Position numbers and translations under genes: made by a program
Assembly: GCA_043228905.1 (NCBI GenBank)
Contig: JBHGNT010000007.1
Span: 930,001 to 994,000, forward strand
DNA: 64,000 bases
DNA from: Azolla caroliniana
Lineage: Eukaryota; Plantae; Polypodiophyta
Direction of reading: 5' to 3'
Shown here: positions 11,563-21,752 of the stretch, piece after piece
Layout of the letters: each line of letters starts with the position of its first letter
Numbering within the stretch: position 1 is the first letter of the stretch
Notes under the pieces: generated by a model
Database searches by the model: none
Told to the model about the DNA's origin: nothing
Seen by the model: the letters and a program-made list of their open reading frames with translations, nothing else

Positions 11563-12041
11563 GCACGTCACACATTATACTACACATGTTGCACCTAACA
11601 ACAAAACCATATTCTTTGCAAAACAGGGAAACTGTATACATCACTACATGTTAGAACCCATCCCGTTATCTGCCATTCGAACCATTGCTTCCATGCGACT
11701 TAGCTCATATGCATTACGATGTGAGACATGGCATTAGGGCACAAGTGATGAGAGTGGTCAGCTATGCACACTTGCCCTAAACAAGTTCGCGAGTTTGAGT
11801 ACCACACTTTGATACAATGCTCTGCCTTTGATCATATTCGACCATGCTTTCCACATCTCTTTGACCAAGCCCAATCCTTGGATGAATTCCTCTCACAACC
11901 ACAATGTGCACTCTCGATTGCAACATAAATTGGTAAAGTTCTTGAACATCGAGAGTCACTACTCACTTTCACACGTATCACGTGAAATGTAATATTTTTG
12001 GTCTCATAGGTCATATTTAACCTCCGAAGACGATAATATAA

Positions 12042-12045
<4 letters not shown>

Positions 12046-12119
<74 letters not shown>

Positions 12120-12123
12120 CACA
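12046..12123. repeat. Compound microsatellite (CT)n(CA)n at the LINE 3' end
   Basis: Directly visible dinucleotide runs. Confidence 0.95.
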
Positions 12124-12137
12124 TTGGGTGGGAACGC

Positions 12138-12344
12138 GATATCTACACACACTCCTCTATCCTCCTCTATCGTTCATCGAAGAATGGAACTTACAAACAA
12201 CTATTTAAGAATCACAAAGAACATTTAGATCCATATCCCTATGTTTCGACACATCAAATAGTATATGGAGTCAAATGTTCTCTATGATTCTTAAAGAGGT
12301 GTTTGGGATTTCCACACCTCATGAACGATAGGGGAGTAGATATC
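12138..12344. mobile_element. Imperfect fold-back (MITE-like) inverted repeat, ~205 bp
   Basis: Nested complementary pairs: gatatctac/gtagatatc, ctatcgttcat/atgaacgatag, ttaagaatca/tgattcttaa, gaacattt/aaatgttc, ccatat/atatgg. Confidence 0.7.
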
Positions 12345-12779
12345 ACCATTCCACAAAACTCATGCCTATAATTTTTGTATTCAAGATCCAAAATTGCTTG
12401 TTTGCCTATACACGTGGATATATGGAGTTTAGTTTAGATTGTCAATGGATGGAATTTTTTCTTTCCACAACATTGTTATGTTATGGTGTGTATTTGTGTG
12501 TGGATCATTTATTATTATGGTGAACTCTTTCTCTTTGGAGTAATTGAGGGAGCTCACCGGCAAAATATTTTCCTTTGCACTCATTCCATTTGATATGTCA
12601 ACAAATCTTCCACTCAATGTCACTTTCCACTAGTCTACATTAATCATGAATAGAAGTCACTCTTTTGATGCAAATAGGATATACACACATTTGATGAGAG
12701 TGATTGTCACTGAAGGTGATGTAGTGCTTATTGTTGCAGTTGGAGAGAGTACCCATTCATTTGTTCAATGCGTCCCATA

Positions 12780-13830
12780 CCACTGTCAAATCATCCCCAA
12801 TGAGGTTACCTAGGCCTCATATTTATAACCAAACCTAAGGTTCCTAGGCAAGTTCACACTTGGACCTTAAGGGTTAACTGAATCCCTAGGATTAAAAGTA
12901 ATCCTCCCTTCTTTACATTCTCAACTAACCCTCACAATCTTATCCTCGTGTGTAGAAAAATACCATACAAACTACCATGGGATAAGTCATGGTTATGCCC
13001 ATATCATACTCAAAAAGTTTGTTAAATGAGATAAATCTGAAGACAAGCACCACTGCTCTAAACCCCAAAAAGGTGTTAGATGTCAGGTCCCTCCGGATGG
13101 GAAAAAGAAGAGAACAAGCGAATCGCATACCAAACATGCATAATATGATATTTGAATAATGTGATAGCATACATATGTGATTATGAAGGCATGAACCTCA
13201 TAAGCATACATAACACATATATGGTTTATACGTATAAAATATAATGACCAAGACAACATGATTTAACAATTTATATTATAATATAACGTCTTTAACACGT
13301 ATAATCATGGGAGCAAAATGAATAGAATAAAAAGAAAACTTAGCGATTAACAGAAAATAAATAGTGAAGTGCTTTCCTTAATGACTTTCTTAATACAACC
13401 CTCGAATGACACATCAATCGATCATCAATAGAAAGAAAAAAACATATCAACAAAAGAAAAATTGGAAACTTGCTTTGATACCAATTGTTAGAGATATATT
13501 CTAATGTAAGCATGAAAATAAGGAAACAAATGAGAAAATAAAGAGATAGAGAGACAAAGAAGGGTGTCAATCCACACGACCACCCCCAAGTGAAGGGATC
13601 AAGTTAGACTCGATCCTTAAACAGCGCCCCAAACCACCACTATGGGCTTTGAGTCGTACCTGGTACTGGAGCGCACTTAACACAAGACCAGTTTTGGCCC
13701 TTAAGGGTTGTCTCAATCCCGAGCCTCTAGGATTCTCAATTAACCCTCACACGCTTATCCTCGTTTGTAGAAAACTATGGTACAAGCCACCATGGGATAA
13801 ATCATGGTTATGCCAATATCAAAAAAGTGA
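12780..13830 (-). mobile_element. Degenerate LTR retrotransposon remnant with tRNA-iMet PBS
   Basis: gctttgatacca at 13472-13483 (TGGTATCAAAGC on minus) abuts an LTR end tgttaga at 13486. A diverged direct repeat cctcac..ttatcctcgt..tagaaaa..ccatgggataa.tcatggttatgcc occurs at ~12930-13000 and ~13745-13813. Confidence 0.55.
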
Positions 13831-14618
13831 AGGAGAACCGAGGGAGGCGTTTGAAACAATAAGGGTGTCTCATCAAAACTCAACTCGACCATAAGTTTGT
13901 CTCATGGACTGTGGCTTGTTAGGCTATTTGTCACAAGGAGATTTATTTACCATTAGAGGCTAGAGATGATTTATTTGTCTTTAGATGGTTGCAAAAAAAA
14001 AGGAGCATTTTACCAAATGATACAAGAGATGAATTGTCTTTAGGTGGTTATGAGAAAACAACAAGTTTACCAAATCAGATGAGCTACTAATTAATTTTCT
14101 TTAGGATACAAAATAATTGGGTCCAAGAAAATGTTTCGAAACCACAACCTTTAGTTCGTTCACAAGCTGAACACACCAAGCACAACTTTAGATTATTAAT
14201 GTTCATTAATTCCATAGATATATTCATTCTTAATAGTCGACCATCGCTTGGTCACGGAATGTGCCAAATGCGGCACGCTCCTGAATCGGCAAAACCAAAC
14301 CATTATATCGTGGGACCACCCACTTGGGATTAAATCATAGAATCATATATTCTACATGTACATATTTGTACACACCAAAAGTGGTAGTGACTCTTCTAAA
14401 TTTGGTGAAAAAGATCACATCGGTTCCTCTAATTTGATCCCTCTTCTCTGCGTTCATGTTGGGCCCCGAATTTGTGAACAAAAACTGTTATACTTATATC
14501 TAAATAATTCCACACAAGAGAAAGAGAGGGATCCCTCTCATTCTTGCTCTTTTCCTTCCATCCATCCATCCATCCATCCATCTATCCATCCTTCATTCAG
14601 TTTGTTAAGAAGCAGAGC

Positions 14619-17042
14619 ATGATGCTCCGTGATCTTCTACAACGAACCCTAGTGAAGCAATCCCTCGATAAAAGAAAAGATGCAGAAAACGAAGTAGATG
14701 ATGATGATGATGATGATTCTAAAGGGATGCTAAATGAAGCCGAGCTGTGGAAAGAAGTTGCCATATCCTCCCACAATCAAGCTCTCCAACAATATGCTAT
14801 GATGGAATCATGTCCAAAACCCTCTTCATCCTCGATGCCTTCTCACCCCTCCAAGCTCTCCAGTGTCCCTCTCCAAGGTCTTCTCTCAATCACCCTCTCT
14901 GAGCTTCGCGAGGGCCATGTCCACGCCGGGCGGGTCGTGTTTGGGACGCTGTGCGTGGACGCATTCTCTATCAGGGGCATAATGTCTGTTCTCCTGGGTG
15001 TGAATGCCGGCCGACCATCCAAACATGCACATGCGGTCCGAGTGGCCATTTATAATGCAGCCATGCCATTCGACACCATTTCGGATATCCAGGCACTATA
15101 CCCCAAAGGCATCTCCATCGCCATCAAGGAGCCTTTTCTCAAGCGTGCCGCCGATGGCCTCCTTCTTCTCCGAGTGGATAATCCGGATAACATTGAGAGG
15201 GTAAGCTCCCATGATAACCCTTGCATTTTTCCTCCTCCTTCTTCTAGTAGTATTGATGCTTCGGATCTTAGAAAAATGGGCGATCACCTTTCCATGAAAG
15301 AGGATTGGAAAGGTGCCATTCGGTGCTACACCAAATGTATTACTCTAATCCAAGATAAGCTTGGGAATGATCAAAACAAAGATTTAATGCTTGTTGAGCA
15401 CAATGCGGTTAGCTCATCTAATGATACCACCACAGCTATCATCGTTGATGAGCCAAATATGTTGGCTCTTGCATTCTCAAATCGAGCAGAGGCTTGGATG
15501 AAGCTAAATAAGTATAGTCGAGCTCTTAAAGATGCTGACGCTGCTTTATCTATTGATCCATCTCATGTGAAAAGCCTCTTCTGCAAAGGAAGAGCTCTAC
15601 ATTCCCTCAAACAGTTTGAATATGCTTGTTCTTGCTTTGAAATGGCACTTTCTCTCTCTCCGGAAGCTTCAGATGTAAGAGCGTTTCTTGACACAAGCAA
15701 AAGATGCTTGGATGAAAGCTCCTCAGATACTCTAGCCCGCTTTTCCGATTTCTTGCTCAGGAAGTCAATCTCACCGATGCTTCATGACCATATCGGCCCT
15801 GTTGTAGTAAAGGAAGCGAGAAATAAGAGTACAGGTAGAGGATTGTTCACTACAAAGAGTGTGAAGCATGGTACACTTTTGGTTGTTAGCAATGCAATCG
15901 CCATGTGCCGGGAGGATTCGAAACATTTTGCTATTCGTCTCGATGATAACAGGAACCGGATCAATAGAACTTCTCAAGAAAACTTGGTGACAAAACTTGT
16001 GAGGTTAGGCATGGAGTCACCTAGACATTTACATCAAATCTATGCTTTGTACTCATCAAAATCTGCTTCTTCGATGAGTGTACCCTCAATGGATCTATTT
16101 ATCGAGGCCATTGAAACAGAGGAGACACTAAAGATAGATGTAACAAGAATCCGCGACATTGTGCGATTCAATTCATTTAGCACATATCAAATTTCTACGA
16201 TGGATGATGATGTTTACACTACACCACAACATTTGACCGGATTGTGGCTGCTTCCTTCTTTCATCAACCATTCTTGCGTTCCCAATGCAACATGGACCAT
16301 TGTCGGGAAGGCCATGGTTATCCATGCATCTTCTGATATGTCATCGGGCGATGAGATTACCATCCCCTACTTCGATACTCTCATTCCATTGAAGATGAGG
16401 GAGAAATTTGGCTCAAATTGGGGCTTTGTTTGCGGATGCAACCGTTGTGTTCTTGAGAAATCAATGGAAGTTGAGATGGAGGATAAAGTGAGACGATTTG
16501 AATACTTATATGACCAAGCCACCGATGAGTACATTTCTTCTCTCTCAGAAAAATCACCATCGAAAAAGAAAACATCCCATGTGGATGCTGCATTTCCGGC
16601 ATGTTCGATGATATCAAAGCTCTACTCAATGATAAGCCATCAAGTAGACGAAATGCATCATTTGACAGGCATTCAGAAGAAGTGGATTTTGGGTAGCTTC
16701 TCACATGCATTTGTAGCAAACTACTTTTTGTCCTGGAAGGCACACAAGTTTGATACTCCTATGTATCGGAGTGCGATTAAAATGCTCGATATAGTGAGGG
16801 CATGTGAGCCAGGTAGTTTGATTACTGTTAACTTAGCTGCAAGGCTGTATGCCATAGCTATGGAAGCTAGAAAACCAAGGCAAAGCAGTAGTTTGTTGTT
16901 GGAGGAATGGAAGCATGATTGTGTGTCTCACTTTGGTGAACAAAAGAGCATCGTGTTAGAAAAGCTCTCAAGTAAAATAACTAAAACCATTCCAGCATTT
17001 TTGAATTCAAGTCGGCATGAGGATGTGTCAGTGTTTTCATGA
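14619..17042 (+). CDS. Intronless TPR + SET domain lysine methyltransferase (SMYD / ATXR1-SDG35 / FGSG_00040-like), ~807 aa
   Basis: TPRs: ALAFSNRAEAWMKLNKYSRALKDADAALSIDPSHVKSLFCKGRAL. SET motifs GRGLFTT, GLWLLPSFINHSCVPN and GDEITIPY. Post-SET FVCGCNRC. First ATG at 14619; the upstream in-frame part of the ORF-track call is a (TCCA)n repeat. Confidence 0.9.
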   Translation: MMLRDLLQRTLVKQSLDKRKDAENEVDDDDDDDSKGMLNEAELWKEVAISSHNQALQQYAMMESCPKPSSSSMPSHPSKLSSVPLQGLLSITLSELREGHVHAGRVVFGTLCVDAFSIRGIMSVLLGVNAGRPSKHAHAVRVAIYNAAMPFDTISDIQALYPKGISIAIKEPFLKRAADGLLLLRVDNPDNIERVSSHDNPCIFPPPSSSSIDASDLRKMGDHLSMKEDWKGAIRCYTKCITLIQDKLGNDQNKDLMLVEHNAVSSSNDTTTAIIVDEPNMLALAFSNRAEAWMKLNKYSRALKDADAALSIDPSHVKSLFCKGRALHSLKQFEYACSCFEMALSLSPEASDVRAFLDTSKRCLDESSSDTLARFSDFLLRKSISPMLHDHIGPVVVKEARNKSTGRGLFTTKSVKHGTLLVVSNAIAMCREDSKHFAIRLDDNRNRINRTSQENLVTKLVRLGMESPRHLHQIYALYSSKSASSMSVPSMDLFIEAIETEETLKIDVTRIRDIVRFNSFSTYQISTMDDDVYTTPQHLTGLWLLPSFINHSCVPNATWTIVGKAMVIHASSDMSSGDEITIPYFDTLIPLKMREKFGSNWGFVCGCNRCVLEKSMEVEMEDKVRRFEYLYDQATDEYISSLSEKSPSKKKTSHVDAAFPACSMISKLYSMISHQVDEMHHLTGIQKKWILGSFSHAFVANYFLSWKAHKFDTPMYRSAIKMLDIVRACEPGSLITVNLAARLYAIAMEARKPRQSSSLLLEEWKHDCVSHFGEQKSIVLEKLSSKITKTIPAFLNSSRHEDVSVFS

Positions 17043-17516
17043 TATGGTTATGGACCCAAATGTTTCTCTATCAGGAGATGGTTATGGAACCAGATGCTTC
17101 TCTATCATTATGAGTTTCATATATCAAGTGTGCCTTCTTTATTGATTGCTCTCACAAAAATCACTGTGCCATTTCATGGGGGTGTTTTGGGGCTAGTAAT
17201 AACTTGTATATAGGTCTTTCCTCAAAGAAACCATTGTATTTTGCATTCCTTGGCTATAATCTTGGGCGAATTTCCAAATTCATCACATCTAGACATCAAT
17301 GGGCTTGCTAAGTGTTGTGAACTATTTATTTCAAGATTAGTCTTGTGTTGAGTTTGTATTCTCCATCATATTGTAATGTGCAATTACAGCTATGAGGTGG
17401 TTTGGGAGCGGCATTATTTTTTGTCTCATGTGTATTTGAGAATCTTAGGGGATTTAGAGAGGAAATCCAACTTTTCTCTTATCTCCATTTAGCATCAGCC
17501 ATTGTGCATTTGGAAT

Positions 17517-17735
17517 GTAGTTTTGGCATTAAGAAGCCACGAGCCCTAAACTTGGATCGTGGTGAAAATTGTAATGGTAAAAGCATTGGAATGAAAGACC
17601 AACATATTCTTTCCTTGTTTCATTTGTAGCTTGACACACCAGACGTACAACGAATGATATTGGTGAAAATGTAGTTTTGGGATTAAGAAACCGCAACTCC
17701 TAAACTTGGATAGTGGTGAAAATTGTAATGGTAAA
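17517..17735. repeat. Direct repeat of ~65 bp, 2 copies
   Basis: tgtagttttgg.attaagaa.cc...ctaaacttggat.gtggtgaaaattgtaatggtaaa at ~17517 and ~17670. Confidence 0.8.
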
Positions 17736-18499
17736 TGATGTAGATTCTTTCATTAGTAGATTGATGCACCAGAGGTACATTGATCGCCTCGAAAATCATT
17801 TTGATCTTACTACATTGCTGTCCAAGCTACAGTTGAGAAAATATTACAGTGATATGAGTTCTAATAACGTTGATAGTTTGGTGAGACTTGGGAAGATGTA
17901 AGTTACTTTTGTGTGTGTGTGAAGGCAAATCTATGAGTTTGGATTCATTCAAGTGTGTGATTCAAGACATTTTTATCTTGAAGATTTTACATTACTCAAG
18001 AAGGAAGATTTTCAGACATACCCTTGGTGTTATACCGTATTAGGTGGTACATTGTAACATCTTTCTTTTTCTTTTTCTCCAAAAAATTGTAACATCATTG
18101 GTACCCCCATAATACCACCAAGGGAAATTTTTAAATATACCGTTCGTGGTATTACTCCCAATGTATTGTCAAACGTACCCTCTATAAGTTTGACAAATTT
18201 TGTGCTATACGACAACGGAAACTTTCAAGTATACCCTTGGTGGTACATGAGGTACACCATACTATCAACGGTACCTCTCGTAGTTTGACAAATGCATATT
18301 GTCTATGTACCTTTTGGTAACAATGGGAAGCTTCGGTTTATCTTTTGGAAATATAGCTAGTAAAACAAACATTTGTGTTCGAAAAAGACTAACATAGTTA
18401 CTTTTAACAATCTAATATTTTGTGCACGTTGTTCGGACGTCGATTATTTGCAGAAATGAATAAACTTAATTGTTTATGGATATGATTTAAGATCGTGAG

Positions 18500-19500
18500 G
18501 TGAAATAACATTAATGGATAGTGATACCATGCAAATGGTAACTTTATTACTTTTGTTGATTACATATATTTTTTAAAGGACGACTTAAGGTTTTAACAAC
18601 GCGGTGTAGAGATATTTCACAAACTACTAATGGAAATCTCCTTTGTCCACTATAACAACCACTAGTTGCATAACAAAATTTGCATCAACAAATTTGGAAG
18701 GAAAATGCAAAGATGTAAACAGGTACTTGCCACACTCTATGAAAGGGGATGAATTTAGATATTGAGAGGCAACTAGATCTACCTTTCTTCCATCGGCCTC
18801 TTATTTATCAAATCCCACATTGAGAATCACTCACAAAAGGGAGATTCTATGATCCAATGGGATAAATTGTTTAGATAGTGAATTTCTTTGTGTTTGAAGA
18901 GTGTTACATCATTCACATCAAGTGACAAGGAGACAACTCTTTCTTTTTTGTTTGGATGTTGTTTGGTGACATCCTTGTTAACATTAATGGCTCCTCTCCA
19001 AAATTGATGAAAATTCATGTGTTTAAATTTATGTATAAAATCTACTATTTCTACATATAGGCCATTTTTCAATTGTCCCACCATTTTTTAATGTCCAATT
19101 CAGCCATTGGCTCATACATACAAGTTTCACGTTTTTGTTGCATGAGAGAACAAGGAGAGTACTAAGAGACCTTTTCAATGACTCATATTAACCAGAATGG
19201 AGAAGATTGTATTCAATGCTTTTTGCGCAAATCGAGCCTATTTGCACATCCAACGAGGATTCAATCTTTGCTTGCATTTATTGATGAGGCATGTCTTACC
19301 CTAGATAAATTCTTTTATACGTACATTTTACTAAAAGTGATTCGTAATGAACTTTGAAACTTTATACTCTCCAACCGTGAAAGAATCACAAATTCCCAAT
19401 CTCCTTCTTGTCTATTTCATAGTGGTCTAATACATATAATAAATCTTGTGCAATGTGTATCTTGATACCTTTACACTTAAGGGTATTTCTCATGTAAGTC
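18500..19500 (-). mobile_element. Possible highly degraded hAT-type transposase remnant
   Basis: Only faint, frameshifted echoes of hAT motifs (IIDKRW...HSPLH and MGxVYEAM-like) on the minus strand. No long ORF. Confidence 0.25.
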
Positions 19501-20070
19501 CCAACCTAAACGCAATATCTGTAACTAAACTCCTTATTTCTAAATTGCTTAAGAGTCATCAAAGATTTCCAAATTTAGCTTGGAACCAAGTAGATGAGCT
19601 TTGACGGTGCCTCAAACATTGTTGGCGTTTTTTTCATCTTGTTTATCTAGTTATTAAAGATTTAAAATTAACACGTATTTTATTTTCAAATGTTGGTAAT
19701 GTTTAACATAAGGTTTTCATGGATCTTGGTGGGTATGTGTGTGTGTGTGCGCGCGCGCTCGCATGCGTGCGTGGGTGTGTGTGTGTGTAGATATAGATAA
19801 ATATTCTCGAGAGACATGATGTGAATCTTTGCATTTTTATACTTTTGTGGATGCACGTGTTTGGATCTAAACTTTTTTTAACAATGAATGCCAAGAATAA
19901 CCTAGAACATGTTGTTACATCCATGAATGTGGTTACTTAGGAAACCCAATGTGCATTTTAGACTACGCATCATTTTTTAATACAAATACCAACATTCTTG
20001 TAAAAAGAGAAGAGTTATTGGAGAACTACATTAGTTTATCAGAACTTATGATAACCTTAGTATAGTAGGT

Positions 20071-20370
20071 AGATGAATATGAATGGTATAACCTTAACCT
20101 TGGATCCAACAAACATTTGAACATGGTGTCATCATCCATCGTATATGTTTGAATGATACATACAATTACAACATAATGCCATTACAATGAGAATCCAAGC
20201 ATAACTTAGATTGATTTGTATAGATGAATATGAATGATATAACCTTAATCTTGGATCCAACAAACATTTGAACATGGCATCACCATCCATCATATGTGTT
20301 TGAATGATACTATAATTACAACATAATGCCATTACATGAGAATCCAAGCATAGCCTTGATTCATTTGTAT
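20071..20370. repeat. Tandem duplication, ~150-bp unit x2
   Basis: agatgaatatgaatg.tataaccttaa.cttggatccaacaaacatttgaacatgg...gagaatccaagcata...atttgtat repeated at 20071 and 20222. Confidence 0.9.
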
Positions 20371-21752
20371 ATCTTAGTTCTAATTGTTAGATGTGCATGG
20401 ATATGCATAGTTCAATTTTAATCTTGGAAGCATTATAAATACCTTTTCTTTTTTTTTGGCTTCATCAATTGTTTACTTTTGAATGTCAAGGGTACAAAAT
20501 AGAGTCAAAGTGATAGTCTTGCACATCAGTATCAAAACACATGTTGCTATCACCATCTTGATTGAGCGCAAGTTGCTCTGACAAGGTTGAGTAATAAGTG
20601 TAGTTTTATCCAACATACAAGACATCAAGATGGGCAATATAGCAAATAACAATATATCATTTTCTCAATGTATCCTTAAATATCTTCCTTGTCTTTATTT
20701 TTGGCCCTATAAGTGACTTCTACAAGTTGGTCACGAAAACTATCACTTTTATCTTTTCCAAGATTGTTTCAAAGTTTTATGAAAGAGAATAATTTCAACT
20801 TCATATATATACTCTAACCATAATATATACCTTATAAGATCCTCTAGGCCTACTCCAAGTCCCATCCTATGAACAATTGGTAGCCACATCTACACATTAA
20901 CATAACCAACCCCTTGCATGAAACCTACATTGATGTCTCAACATTAATGTGTTTTAAGGGTTTTTAAGATGATAAACCTCTATTGAATGTAAGTCGTACA
21001 CTTTGGTATCATGGTATTCAATTGATGTTGCAAGTATAAATTGCTTTGACCTACGATGGTCATAATAAAAAGAAAGAAATCCTAAGAAAGAAATCCTAAG
21101 AAAGAAATCCTCTGTCCCATTCAATGGGAAGTATGTGAATCTTACCTTTTGTGGCAGTATCCTTAGTTGTGGTAAATAGTCAATGAATGTGCCCATAATA
21201 CTACCAATAGATAATCCAGGTTTGGTGTACAAGGCTTTGCTCTTATGAGTTAATGCATATTCTATTGCAAATAAGTTGATCTTTCCATCAAAACATGGAA
21301 CCTTTGTAAGTATGAATCAAATTGGATATGTACCAAGTCTAATTCTTGCAGTTTTTTTTTCAATCTTGTAGAGTTCTTGTAAAACATCTAATCCATGTAT
21401 TGGTTGAGATTGACAATCAACATGAAACAGCATCACACCATTCTATGAGGACATCTTCTATACATTTCGCATCAAAAACAGATGTCACCACTTAGACCAA
21501 GACAAAGAGTAAATTTAAGATGCTATCATTACAAAAAACCTGAATTGTCCCTAATATGCATAAAAGAGAGCATAAGTTACCCTTGGTATTGTATTCCTAG
21601 AATGGTTCACATATACAAATGAAGATTCACATTCTATTCACACAATGGTCCAAGAATATAAATTAAGACAATATATACATCAAATCCCCAAACATACGTG
21701 GCAATGGGAATCAGGTTTGCTCATGGATGATTAAAATGGGACGTATAACACA

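Larger units (their letters stand above)
5985..12045 (+). mobile_element. RTE-clade LINE, degenerate copy 2, interrupted at 7435/11563 by an LTR element
   Basis: PFFTIEDIFIGLKKLASRKASDLQ..LHKAGDVNNVNNYRTI..CFVDFKKAFD..KQGCPLSPTLF..LLYADDVVL. Collinear with copy 1 at an offset of 5010 nt. Resumes at 11563 (gtcacacattatactacacatgttgcacc) and ends at the (CT)n run. The 5' boundary is approximate. Confidence 0.9.

Noticed and set aside
14544-14618. N-terminal extension of the SET ORF (MLFSFHPSIHPSIYP..)
   Set aside because: TTG start within a (TCCA)n microsatellite. The first ATG is at 14619.
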